Below, piece after piece: positions 1 to 12,224 of a stretch of 64,000 bases of DNA. A program made the translations under genes and the position numbers. Positions within the stretch are counted from its first letter, which is position 1, and each line of letters starts with the position of its first letter. This stretch comes from Eledone cirrhosa (taxonomy: Eukaryota). The notes below the pieces were generated by a model. The model did not search any database, was not told where the DNA came from, and was given only the letters and a program-made list of their open reading frames with translations. Where the stretch lies: assembly GCA_964016885.1 (NCBI GenBank), contig OZ024755.1, positions 34,534,001 to 34,598,000 on the forward strand, written 5' to 3'.

Positions 1-2834
1 AGGTATAGTTGCGTTTACATACGTAATTGAATTCCAAAAAAGAGGATTGCCACATGCACATTTGCTGATCATTTTATATAGAGATTGCAAATTGTGATGT
101 GCTGAGGATGTCGACAGCGTTGTGTGTGCTGAACTGCCGGAGAATGAGGCACTATGCAACTTGGTGGCAAAGTCAATGGTGCACAACCAATGCGGAGTGG
201 CAAATCGGAAAGCGCCTTGCATGAAAAATGGCCAATGCAGTAAGCACTTTCCGAAATCTTTTGTCACGAACACTTCCTGGAACGATGGGGATGCTCATCC
301 CTCATACAGAAGACGGTCACCTGCAGATGGCGGTTTGGTCGAAAATGTAAACGGTTGACAAGTTACAAATCAATGGGTTGTGCCATACAATCCATATTTG
401 ATTATGAAATATCGTTGTCATATTAATGTGGAAATTTGTAGCTCAGTGAAAGCTTGCAAAAATCTATTCAAATATGTTTATAAAGGTCATGATCGGGCAA
501 TGATCAATGTTAGGAATGCGGAAGCGAACCAAGGAGATGAAGTTGGCAGGTTCCAGGATGTTCGCTCGATTGGATCTAGCGAAGCTTGCTGGAGATTGTT
601 CGATTTTGATCTCAATGAATGCAAACCCAGCGTTCAGAAACTGACGGTTCACTTAGAGAATAGGCAAATGGTCTGTTTTCAGGACACTAGAAGAGGTATC
701 GAAAGAATTGCTAACGCTCCACCTCCTAAGACGGAATTGACTGAGTGGTTCAAGCATAATAGGGAACATGCTTTGAACCCGGATCAAAGGCAACTCTACT
801 GCGATTTCCCTTCGCACTATACGTGGGATAAGAAGGGAAAGAAATGGAATGATAGAAAACAAAAGTTGAGATTCATGACTATTGGACGGGTTTGTAATGT
901 CCATCCAGCATCTGGTGATGTGTTTTATCTCCAAATTCAGTTGCATACTGATTTTTCGAGAGATAAACAGAGCTTCGCTGATTTGAAAACAATCAATGGC
1001 GTGGAATATGAAACATACCAGGCTGTGTGTCAGCATCTGGGACTCCTTCAGGATGACGCTGAATGGAATAACGCCATGGAAGTTGCAGGAACAACACAGA
1101 TGCCAGATCAAATAAGGTAGTTGTTTGTCACGATTCTAGGATTCTGCAATCCTGCCGATCCAAGAGAGTTATTTGAACGCCATTGGGGAATTATGGCTGA
1201 TGATTTTAGGCATCATCTTCAGGTCGATGATGAAAATTTGATGAAAGCTATTGTTTTGCTCAATATTGAGCAACTGCTTGAAGTTCATTTCAAATGTTTA
1301 ACAGATTTCAATTTGCCAATTCCTGATGAAGAAATGCAGCAATGTGTCTTAGCATTGAACATGAGATTGCAGCTTAGACGGTTGCCACTCGATCGGAGGG
1401 AACTATTCCAGTTTGATCCACTGGAACAGCATCGTATTGTGGATGAACATATGCCAATGTTGACCCAATCTCAGAGAGAATTGGTTGATGGTGTTCTCCA
1501 CTCGATTTCCACTAATGAGCAACTTTGTGCTTTCATAGATGCTCCAGGAGGCACCGGATAGACATTCTGTTTCAACACTATGTTATCGGCAGTCAGAGCT
1601 CAGAGGAAGATTGCTCTCCCTGTGGCCACCAGTGGGATCGCTGCCACATTGCTGAGTGGTGGAAGGACCTTCCACTCATGCTTTAAGGCTCCATTGGCTC
1701 CGGATAAGTTGAATGTATTAACATTACAGGACAAAGTGAACTCGCGGGCCTTATACGCAATACGCCTCTGATTATTTGGGACGAGGCGCCAATGGCACAC
1801 AGATATTTGCTGGAGGCATTGGATAGAACTTTGAGAGATATCTGCGGTAGTGACCTGCCATTCGGTGGTAAGACTATCGTTCTTGGTGGCGATTTCAGAC
1901 AGGTGCTACCAATTGGTAGGAATGCTCAAAGAGCGCAAATTGTCGATGCATGTCTGAAAAAGACCCCGTTGTGGCGCCATTTCAGAGTTTTGCGATTACA
2001 CGATAATATGCGACTTCGTATGTTCGGGCAAAACGAAGAGGCTGAGACATACGGCCGATGGTTCATGCAGTTGGGAAACGATGAATTGCCACACGTTGGT
2101 GATAATCAGACTGTAAGAATCCCAGACCATTTGGTCATGCCACTGGACCACCAAGCATTGATGGACTGGGTGTTCCCTAATTTGAATGCTTTTTGGCAAA
2201 ATATCTCCTGGATATCGGAACGCGTTATTCTAACTCATACGAATGCAACGGTCGATGAAATAAATTCACAAGTAGCCGGAATGTTTCCTGGAGAGGAATG
2301 GTTGACCGTCAGTGCGGATGCAATGGAGTCTAATCAGCAGAACAATATGGATGTTCTGACTGAGTATGTGAATTCACTTCAAATACCCGGATTCCTCCCA
2401 CATATTTTGAGGTTCAAAAAGGGTTTGCCGATTATATTGCTTAGAAATATCAATCATAAAATGGGTCTTTGCAATGGTACCAGATTGATTTTGAGAGATT
2501 GATTAACGGAAGAGTTTTAGAAGCTAAACTCCCAGGCAGAGAGGACTCGGTTCTCATTCCGAGGATCATGCTGAGACCAAGTGAAGATCTGCTGCCATTC
2601 ATTTGGAAAAGGAGACAGTTTCCCATCAATTTGGCCTTCTCCATGACTGTCAACAAGGCACAGGGACAGACTTTCAAGCGAGTTGGTGTCTACTTGAATG
2701 ATCCAGCATTCAGCCATGGGCAACTGTATGTTGCTGCATCTCGAGTGTGCCATCCTGATGGTATAAAATTTGCAATTGATACCACTAACAGAGGAACAAC
2801 CTTGAATATTATCTATAATAAAGCTTTGAGCTGA
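1..2834 (+). pseudogene. Helitron RepHel pseudogene (HUH Rep endonuclease + PIF1-family SF1B helicase)
   Basis: Rep motifs: EFQKRGLPHAHLL (HUH) and KNLFKYVYKG. Helicase motifs: DAPGGTG*TF (Walker A, K to stop), ATSGIAATLL, WDEAPM, GGDFRQVLP, RRQFPINLAFSMTVNKAQGQT, FSHGQLYVAASRV. In-frame stops at ~95, 358, 1120 and 1561, and frameshifts at ~1720 and ~2490. Confidence 0.95.
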
Positions 2835-2865
2835 TGTATGCATATCTTTAATGCTATCAATAAGC

Positions 2866-3195
2866 GACGTAAATGATTCGGACATTGGTGTCCTTTGATC
2901 ATTATTGTGAGTTTTGACAGAGTTATCATTTATGTTCAATGTCATTTAATGTCGTTATGGGCAATAAAAGCAAACAAGTATTGGTAAAAATTGCTTTCAC
3001 TGCTATGTTGCGCAATAAATACCAACAAGTATTGGTAGAAATTGCCTTCACTGCTATGAATATTTGACGTAAATGATTCAGACATTGGTGTCCTTTGATC
3101 AGTATTGTGAGCTTTGACAGAGTTATCATTTCTGTTCAATGTCATTTATTGTCGATAATGAACAATAAAAACCAACAAATATTGGTAGAAATTTA
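2866..3195 (+). repeat. ~200-bp tandem duplication in the Helitron 3' UTR
   Basis: gacgtaaatgattcRgacattggtgtcctttgatc... occurs at 2866 and 3066. An internal caagtattggta sub-repeat is also present. Confidence 0.85.
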
Positions 3196-3577
3196 TCGCT
3201 TCTGATAGCGGTGGTAATAAAACCTCATCATATGCTGAGTCTGGCAAAAAGTTTGGTGCCTATGGCCGGCCAGGGCTAGAGTAATATTGAAAAACGATTC
3301 TATTTTCGAAGTAGAAGGGTCCGCCATTTGGAGTTCAAACCAGGCCACCTCCCCGAGTTGAGCTCTGGGCAATAAAAAACTCAGTGGCTAAGAGTTTGGA
3401 AATTACTGAATAAATTTTGGCCATATAATTTGTTGTTTTATTATTATAGCTGACCACTTATAGATAAGCATGTTATCCATATCCATATTAATTTGGCATT
3501 TGTATAAACCATTTCAAGTAAATAGGGACCTTTTTTACATTGCCAGACATCTTTTATATTAATTATCTATATCTATA

Positions 3578-3925
3578 TCTACATATAATATAAAAGATTG
3601 GAACTTCCATTATCCTTTTGAGAAATGTGGAACAACCACGTCTATGCAATGATACACATTTTACAGTCAGGCAGAAGATGAACCATCTCCTAGAGGTCAC
3701 TATTCTAGGTGGGAGCACCTAGAATTGTTCATATACTATGCACAAACGGTACAGCGAAGAATCTGGTATATCTGGAAGATTTTTTTTTACTGTTTTTTGT
3801 ATCACACAGACTCCATAGACTCACCTCATACTGTAACCAGACAAACATCCAATACAGTCATTTTCTCTTTTACCTGTCTTCTCTTATCATCTGTTTACCC
3901 GGGTGAAGCTGGGTACGTCAGCTAG
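3578..3925 (+). mobile_element. Non-autonomous Helitron carrying a helicase C-terminal remnant
   Basis: 5' end A|TCTACATATAATATAAAAG. Internal SRVGAPR..ILCTNGTAKNLVY resembles a Helitron helicase C-terminus. Subterminal hairpin TACCCGG-gtgaag-CTGGGTA (3896-3915), CTAG at 3922-3925, then T (A|T target). Confidence 0.85.
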
Positions 3926-4286
3926 TTTTAGTTAATGTTAATATTGAATGTTTTAAGTTAGTTAAAGCAATGGAATGTAAATTAGTCTTATTGTATTCTT
4001 ATTCATGGACTATAGTTGTTCAACAAGTAGATTTTCCAACGGTTAATTTCCGGAAGCGAGTAAGGGGAGCTAATGCGTAAGCGGAGGTAACTAGCTAATT
4101 AAATTCAGTTATTTAAATTCTTTGCTCTAATACACATTATAATGGGATACAATTGAATCTCTATTACATAATACTATATATTTATACTTGATTTTAAATA
4201 CAGTATATTTCACTATAATACATTAAAGGTCTCTTTAGATTGTTGTCTATTCATTACTGGACAAGATATATGTTATGGAAAATTGC

Positions 4287-5303
4287 ATATACAATATATA
4301 TACATAAACATATATATATACATATATATACACATACAAATATATATATACATATATATACACATACAAATATATATACACATACAAATATATAGATACA
4401 TATATATACACATACAAATATATATATACATATATATACACATACAAATATATATATACATATATATACACATACAAATATATATATACATATATATACA
4501 CATACAAATATATATATATACATATATATATACACATATACATATATATACACATATATACATATATATATATACACACATATATACATATACATATACA
4601 CATACATGTATATATACATATATATATACACATACATGTATATACACACATATATACATATACATGTATATGTACATATATATACATATATACATACATA
4701 TATACATATATACATATACATGTATATATACATATACACATATACATGTATATATACATATACATGTATATATACATATGCATGTATATATACATATACA
4801 TGTATATATATACATACATGTATATATATATACATACATGTATATATACATATGCATGTATATATACATATACATGTATATATATACATACATGTATATA
4901 TATACATACATGTATATATACATATACATGTATATATACATATACATGTATATATACATATACATGTATATATGTATATATACATATACATACACATATA
5001 CATGTATATATACATATATATACACATACATGTATATATACATATACATGTATATATACATATACATGTATATATGTATATATACATATACATACACATA
5101 TACATGTATATATACATATATATACACATACATGTATATATACATACATGTATATATACATACATGTATATATACATATATATACACATACATGTATATA
5201 TACATATATATACACATACATGTATATATACATATATATACACATACATGTATATATACATATATATACACATACATGTATATATACATATATATACACA
5301 TAC

Positions 5304-5337
<34 letters not shown>
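4287..5337. repeat. Compound (TA)n/(TACA)n/(CATG) microsatellite
   Basis: Direct inspection. It explains the Y/I/H/T-rich pseudo-ORFs. Confidence 0.97.
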
Positions 5338-5338
<1 letters not shown>

Positions 5339-5507
5339 ACGAAGGAAATGTGGTAAGGAACCAGGTGGACCATAACGCACCAAAGTACTCAATACTTGAG
5401 GTAGTAGAGTGGGTAATAGGAACCAGTAAGACCCCGACAGCTGAGCTCAAGCCGTTTCGACGTCGAAACGGCTTGAGCTCAGCTGTCGGGGTCTTACTGG
5501 TTCCTAT
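5338..5507 (-). mobile_element. Fold-back Penelope-like terminal fragment, family H1 (3' half of a hammerhead)
   Basis: Perfect 92-bp palindrome at 5416-5507 plus an unpaired ~78-bp tail, inside (TA)n. Each arm carries GAAAC-GGC-loop-GCT-GTC-GGGG. Confidence 0.7.
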
Positions 5508-5984
5508 ATATATATATATACAGATACATGTATATATATACACATATATATATATATACATATACATATATATACACATGTATATATACACATATATATA
5601 CACATATATATATAATTTTTTGTATTAAAGCATATAAAAAGGTGTCAAAATGGCAGAAAAGTTAGGGGGTCAGATTAAGTACCTCAGTACTTATTCCAGC
5701 TCATTGTGTTTTAAAAGGTAATTAAAAAACTTGGTGCCAGGAAGGGCATCAAAGATGGATGAACCATTAAGAAATATAAGCATGTGCTTAGGGCATCAAA
5801 GGAAGAGGGGCACAATTTTATTCTAATTAAATGTATTTGTCATCCGCACCAAAATTTTTACAGACTTTACATATGGGGTGCACTATAATATATAATATTT
5901 TAAGTATTTAGGGCCTCAAAAGGACTTAATCCAGCCCCGAAAGAAACAGCCATTTCTTATTTGCCAAGCTCTATGAAAACTGGA

Positions 5985-6531
5985 TTAATCTTTTAGCATT
6001 TAAATCGGCCAGAATTCTGTTGAAACTGGCTGTAACCGGCCACTCATACTGATGTTAAGGTATTGTCCTCAAAGTAAATAATATCAAAATCTCATAGATT
6101 CGATATTATGTGAGGTAAAACCTTTACAGTGAAAATATAATAATAAATATATATGTATGGTCCCATGACTCCAGATAGAGTCGTAGGGGCGCTGTATTGA
6201 CATACAGTGTTTCTTGGGTATTTTAAGCTTGGCGGAGCCCATCCCTCTCCAGACCTGAGTAGAGCAGATTTCTTCCAGAGAAAGATAGAAAGTGAGAGAG
6301 AGGAAATGAGAAAGAGATATAGAGGAAGAATCAGCCCCAGTACTAGACTGAAACTTTTTTTTTATTAACCTGGAAAGGAGGAAAGGCAAAATAGACCACA
6401 GCGGGATTTGAACTCAAAGAGCAGAGAGGCGGAACAAATACCATAAAGCATTCTATCTGACATTCTAACAAATCTGCCAATTTTCTGCCTACAATAGTAA
6501 ATATAGAATAATGTAAATGCTAAAGGGTTAA
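5985..6531. mobile_element. TTAA/piggyBac-type MITE interrupted by a SINE
   Basis: TTAA-flanked ends (…TAAATGCTAAAGGG|TTAA). A SINE-B variant at ~6160-6490 lies between the two MITE halves. Confidence 0.75.
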
Positions 6532-6637
6532 CCAACCTTATTGATTCTTCTTAATCTGAAAAAGAAAGTAAAGAAAAATTACTATTTATATTGTGCTACA
6601 GAAATAGTCTCAGTACTATATAGGTAAATTACATAAT

Positions 6638-6825
6638 TATTTCTACTTTTGGCACAAGGCCAGCAATTACCCAGTGTATTACTGGTACTTTATTTTATCG
6701 ACCTCGTAAGGATGAAAGGCAAAGTTAACCTCGGCTGGATTCGAACTCGGATCACAAAGGGCCGTAACACTTTGCTGCAAAGCATGACGTCCGACCCTCT
6801 ACCGATACTGCCAATTCACCGCCCT
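6638..6825 (-). mobile_element. tRNA-derived SINE family B, full length with 17-bp TSD
   Basis: B-box GAGTTCGAATCC, central GCCTTTCATCCTTACGAGGTCGATAAAATAAAGTACC, and TSD TAGGTAAATTACATAAT at 6621-6637 and 6826-6842. Confidence 0.9.
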
Positions 6826-6954
6826 TAGGTAAATTACATAATACAGCAATATTAGTACTAATGTTAGTGCAGTTTATCATCAAAGCCATTCTAATTGTGA
6901 TTGGTGCATTTTTTTCAAGATGTGTCTGCTTTATTCAATTGAGTAAAGCTAGAT

Positions 6955-7365
6955 TTAACTCTTTAGCAATTAAACCGGCCAGATTCTCTCACCTCCTTCT
7001 GTTCAAACTGGCTGTAACCAGCCACTGATACTGAAGTTAAGGTATTGTTCTCAAAATAAATAATATCAAAATCTCATAGATTCGATATTATGTGAGATAA
7101 AGTCTTTACCATGAAAATATAATAGTAAATATAGAGTAATGTAAATGTTAAAGGTTTAAACCGGTTGTATCCGGCCAAAATTCTTTCACCTCTTTTTGTT
7201 CAAACCAGCCCTAACTAGCTACTCATATTGCTGTTAAGGTACTGTTCTCAAAATACTCAAAATAAATAATATCAAAATCTCATAGATTCGATACTATGTG
7301 AGATAAAGCCTTTACAATGAAAATACAACAGTAAATATATAGTAATGTAAATGCTAAAGGGTTAA
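6955..7365. mobile_element. Tandem dimer of the TTAA MITE
   Basis: Two ~205-bp copies head to tail with TTAA at the outer ends. Confidence 0.85.
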
Positions 7366-8370
7366 AAATTTCCTTGCTTTATCTAGCAGATAAAACAACC
7401 CAACCATGTAGAAGTTCTTCCCTTGATTTGAGAAGTTATTGTCATTGTTATTGTCATTGTTACAGTAAAAATAATTCTAAATCCTGGAGGTATTGAGAAT
7501 AGTTTTTTTCGTAGTTAATTTTAGTCATATTTTTCTTGTTCTTCTCTCAATGAAGCCATTTTTCTCAAGTAGGCTGGATAGTTTTGGAGCTGTCCAGTGA
7601 ATCAGTCAAGCAATATTTACATATAATAAATCACTCAAAATTATATAAAAAAAAACAATAAAAAGAAAATAAGCAAAAAAAAGAAAACCCCGAAAAAAAA
7701 AAACAAAAAAAAAACAAGCAAGTATTATCAAATGATTAATGAAATTCTAAACAACACAGTATCGTAATTAAATTCTGTACGGCCATCGTTTTAGATAATT
7801 AGCTTGTATAAAACAACACCTACATAAAATCTAATAAAAGAGACATTTCATTTTCCTTGTTGATTTATTTCAATATTTATAATTACTCCTTCAAAAAAAA
7901 AAATACTTAATCTATTTTAAAATTCTCCTTTTTCATGGACTATTCTTAGAGTTATGAATATATTACTTTAATATTCAGTTTGAGGCAATCACTGAAGAGA
8001 GTTTTTAAAAATATTGAATAACAAACATCGAAATATTATCAATATTATTAGTTATGTTTGCTTTAATATGTCCAAGAGGAAAGGGATATCATGTGTAGCA
8101 AATAATACAATTGGAATCTGCTTATAAGTCTGTCAATCAATACGTATTTTAAATATTAGAATCCTAAATGTCTTAGATTAGCTGTTGTTCCTAAGATAAC
8201 ATTTCCTCTCTAGAGATGGGAGTTGGTGCCAATATTTACATCTTCACTAACATTTTAGCTGATTTTATCTCTGCCCATTGTGATTTGTCTTATTCCAAGA
8301 TGTGTAGATAGCACATGAATTATTATTATTATAATATTTTTTTTTACATACAGAATAAGTAATTTATCTA

Positions 8371-8560
8371 TCTATATAATACTAAAAGTCTGTGTTGCTT
8401 GCTTGCTTGTTTGTAATGTAATACAGCCAAAAGAGTGCATAATGGGAAAATACTTTGAAAGGAAATTGACCCTGAAATGGGAATACAAAGGGAATAAAAC
8501 AAGTTTCACATGAATCGGAGCATGGGTTCCCAAGATATGGGGTTTTCCAGGTACCTTCAT
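8371..8560 (+). mobile_element. Possible non-autonomous Helitron/HINE-like 5' fragment
   Basis: Starts A|TCTATATAATACTAAAAG, followed by a (GCTT)n tract and an aagtttca..aatcgg..gagatatg-like core. Confidence 0.45.
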
Positions 8561-8785
8561 AAACAGAGAGAGAGAAAGAGAGACATAGAGAGAGGGAGAG
8601 GAGACAGAGAAGGAGAATGGAAGAGAATGGGCTGGTGGTGGTGTTATATATATATATGAGTGTGTGTATATATATATGTGCGTGTGTGTGTCTATGACCA
8701 GTGTATATAGATCACAGGCACCCACATATATAATATATACACACACATACATATATATATATGTATATTCACACACACAGATGTT

Positions 8786-8934
8786 AAGGCTTTATTTCAC
8801 ATAATATTGAATCTATGAGATTTTGATATTATTTATTTTAAGAGCAATACCTTTACAGCTATTTACGGCCGGTTTGAACAGAAACGTGAGAGAATTCTGG
8901 CCAGATATGGCCAGTTTAAATGCTAAAGGGTTAA
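8786..8934. mobile_element. Partial TTAA MITE
   Basis: Right part of the family consensus, ending TAAATGCTAAAGGG|TTAA. Confidence 0.8.
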
Positions 8935-9299
8935 AGTTTGTGTGCTTTTATGTCTACATGTGCTAGTAAGTAAAGCAGAGGGTTTATATTCTTAGTTATT
9001 GTCATTGTTCAGATATACTATATAGCAAATTTGTCTAATACATGCTAGTTTGGAAAATCAAGAATTTTCTCCAACACTGTTGATTCTGTCAATCCACCAT
9101 ACTTATCTTGACACAAACAAAGAATATTGGGCTGAAAGAAATAACTCAAATAAGCCATTGACATAAAGTGAGATAAATAAAATATGTATGGATGTACTGA
9201 ATGATGATAATGTTTTTACATACATCAAGAGTTTTAAAATCAAGCTTAACAAAGACAAAAGTTTTAACAAGAAAAAAATACAGAATTTTACTGCTATCA

Positions 9300-10500
9300 A
9301 GAAGCAGCCATGTCTAATATGCAGAAAAAATATTGGTAGGAATTTTATACTGTATACTGAATGGAAATTATGGAAATACAGGAAAGGGAACAGAGAGGAG
9401 GCTGGCAGAAATGAGGGACTTTGGATGTAGCAGGAGCACAATAGTAGTTAGTATTGAGAATGCTCCTGATTTTTATCCTCTGCTTCCATGTTTGGAATTT
9501 ATTCTGTAATTCTTCCATATATTCAGCTATGCAAAATAAATCATTAGCATACGAGAGTTCCAACAAACAGTCTTGAATTCTTCTATTATGGTGTGGTGAA
9601 CAAGAATAAACAAGAGGGGCTAAGAACAGAGCCTTGATGGACACCTAATTGAACGCTAGATTCCTCAAGTAAATCATTAACTCTCACCTTGCTGTCAGCT
9701 CACCTACATGAATCTTGCAAGCCATTCATTTACACACCGTTTTCATGGTGATGCAAAACACTATAGATCTTTGAATGCTGCCAAAGGCTTTCACATTAAC
9801 AAATACTAAGTTTAGTGTTTTTCTATTTGTTAGAAACTTCTGTAGTTGTTTCACAAAGAAGAAAGCATCAGAACGAACACATCTAAACCATCTTTTTTCC
9901 AATTAGTTATACTATAACAATTTCAACTATTTTCATAACCTGCTTTGTCAATAACACTTATCATTGGATATGAAGCATCACTGTACTAGATAATTGACTA
10001 TATATTTAAGGTGTGTCATATTTTCAGCATCTCACTATCTTAGTGACTATTTCTCATTGTCCAGCTGCTTTCTCTTATTCTTTATTCTTAATGTCTCTTT
10101 CAAATGTACAGCTGTCAGCTTCATTGAGTGCTTCCTAAGATGGGTCAACTTCAAGTAGTCATCTCTCTCTCTCCCATTCTTTTCATTCAGCTATCTCTCA
10201 TCGTATAATTGCTCTTCTTTGTATCAGAGAGGTTGAGTGCTCTGCTATGATTTTTGCACACTTTTTCCCCAATGACATTTTGATTTCTACAGACACATTG
10301 CTTTGCAATTTGAAACACCTCACACTTCCAATTTTCTCATTGCAGAACATTAGCAAATTCCTTGCCATCTGCTCCACAATATAGACCTCCCAGTAAGATT
10401 CTCATCTATTTATCTTGTATTTTTCCTTGCTCCCATTCCTTTCTCAAGTTCTTTCCAACCTGTCTATTAACTTTTATAGTTTATTAAATCTATCCCCCCA
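9300..10500 (-). mobile_element. Highly decayed RTE LINE fragment (RT)
   Basis: GVHQGSVLSP, ELSYANDL and ELQNKFQTWK on the minus strand. A short inverted zinc-finger piece (QPCLICRKNIGRN) lies at ~9305-9372 on plus. Confidence 0.75.
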
Positions 10501-10599
10501 ACACCACATCACATTCTAACTAGTTGGGGCATAGTTCATTCCACAGATCTTTTCTGCATCTCAAAACAGCTTGTCTCTCAGACAATCTTCCAGTTGCCT

Positions 10600-11216
10600 C
10601 CATGTTAAAGACCCAAACATGGTCAGCTTGCAACAAGATGGATCGAGTTTGGCGCTCAAATCTTTCCAACCACACCAAACTCAGACTCTTCGAAGTAACA
10701 ATTCAACCAATCTTGCTATATGGAAGTGAAACATGGACGCTTTCATCCAAACAACAAAAGCACCTTGATGCCACCTACACTCGCCTGCTTCAACACATTC
10801 AGAACATAACATGGCGACATCTACCTTTGAGAGATATATATGGCAGCCTCCCACACATATCTGTCATACGTAAAAGGAGAGTAGAATTTGCTGGCCATTA
10901 CCATTGTGTCACCTATGAGGCTGTGTCCCCATTAGTACTCTGGAAGCCACAAGCAATCACTAATAACAGGGGGTGCAAGCTCTCCTACCCCAATTTGGTG
11001 GCCACTGCCATCATGCCACCTCTGAGGCTGTGTCCCCATTAGTGCTTTGGAAACCACAAGCAGTCATTAATAACAGGGGACACAAGCTCTCCTATCCCGA
11101 TGTCATTTCCAGAGATTCTGGTATTGAAATCCAGGACTTGGCAATGGCAATGAACGACAGACCCACGTGGAGATCAATTGTTGAGTCGATCTTGGCTGAG
11201 GCCACCAGATGATGAT
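10600..11216 (+). mobile_element. RTE-clade LINE 3' end (second family)
   Basis: KLRLFEVTIQPILLYGSETWTLS..., RRVEFAGH, AMNDRPTWRSIV, and a GATGAT tail. An internal ~120-bp duplication is present. Confidence 0.85.
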
Positions 11217-11811
11217 AAGCTTATATGTTCTTATTGTAGATCTTGTCTAGTGTTTTGATAATACTAAAAGTTGATTTAAAGAAAACTAGTAAAGAAAACT
11301 AGCGTGTGTCTGTGGAAAGAAAATGACTGTGTTGAAAATTGAAAAAAGGAAAACTGATAAAATATAATAACAAAGATGAATAATTACAACAATACAGAAC
11401 AATGAATTAGAAAAAAGAAAGGATTGAAGATACTTTTTATCTTTGAATTTCACATTACATTTTACAAATCAAACAAAATAAAACCGAGACTATTATTAAT
11501 TTTACCCTTTATATTGACAAAGAAATGAGGTGGAAAGCCATTACACGATAAAACAAACAAATGCTGTAAAATAAAAGAGCAAATGATACAAATATATGAA
11601 AATACATATAGATATGATGATGATGATGATGATGATATAATGTTCAAGATCAAAAAAAGACAAAGACAGAGATACAATTACAGAAATACTTATTAGTTTC
11701 ATGCTTGGTAGAAAAGGAAAAGAATGGTTTAATATATATATTAGTCCATCATCAGGAATAATTAGGAGAAGGAAGAGGTTGGAAGGTTGATGGGAAAAAA
11801 AAAGGTTTTAT

Positions 11812-12097
11812 ATCATCCTCCAGCAGCCTCAGCCGAAATCAACTCAACAATTGATCTCCACGTCGATCTGTCGTTCATTGGCGTTGCCAAGTCCTGGATT
11901 TCAATACCAGAATCTCTGGAGATGACATCAGGGTAGGACAGCTTGTGTCCCGGGTTTCCAAAGCACTAATGGAGACACAGCCTCGTAGGTGGCACGATGA
12001 CAGTGGCCAGCAAATCTTACTCTCCTTTTACGTACAATGACAGATATGCATGGGAGGCTGGCATATATCTCTCTCAAAGGCAGATGTCACTAGCTTA
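11812..12097 (-). mobile_element. Inverted copy of the same RTE 3' end
   Basis: Reverse-complement similarity to ~10805-11215. Confidence 0.85.
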
Positions 12098-12224
12098 TGT
12101 TCTTGAAATAAATAATATCAATATCTCGTAGATTCGATATTATGGGAGATAATTATGTGAAATAAAGTGTTTACCATGAAAATACAATAGTATATATAGA
12201 GTGTTGCGAATGCTAAAGGGTTAA
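12098..12224. mobile_element. Partial TTAA MITE
   Basis: Family consensus ending TGCTAAAGGG|TTAA. Confidence 0.75.

Larger units (their letters stand above)
1..3279 (+). mobile_element. Decayed autonomous Helitron (5' end outside the window)
   Basis: RepHel coding remnant at 1-2834. An AT-rich 3' region with a ~200-bp tandem duplication follows, then a GC-rich imperfect hairpin (~3254-3272) and CTAG at 3276-3279 as the putative 3' terminus. Confidence 0.85.

Noticed and set aside
4247-5628. Long ORFs of 340-449 aa (similar ones at 21663, 22742, 26543, 36416-37798, 38338, 53616)
   Set aside because: They are translations of microsatellites that lack stop codons. No coding signal.
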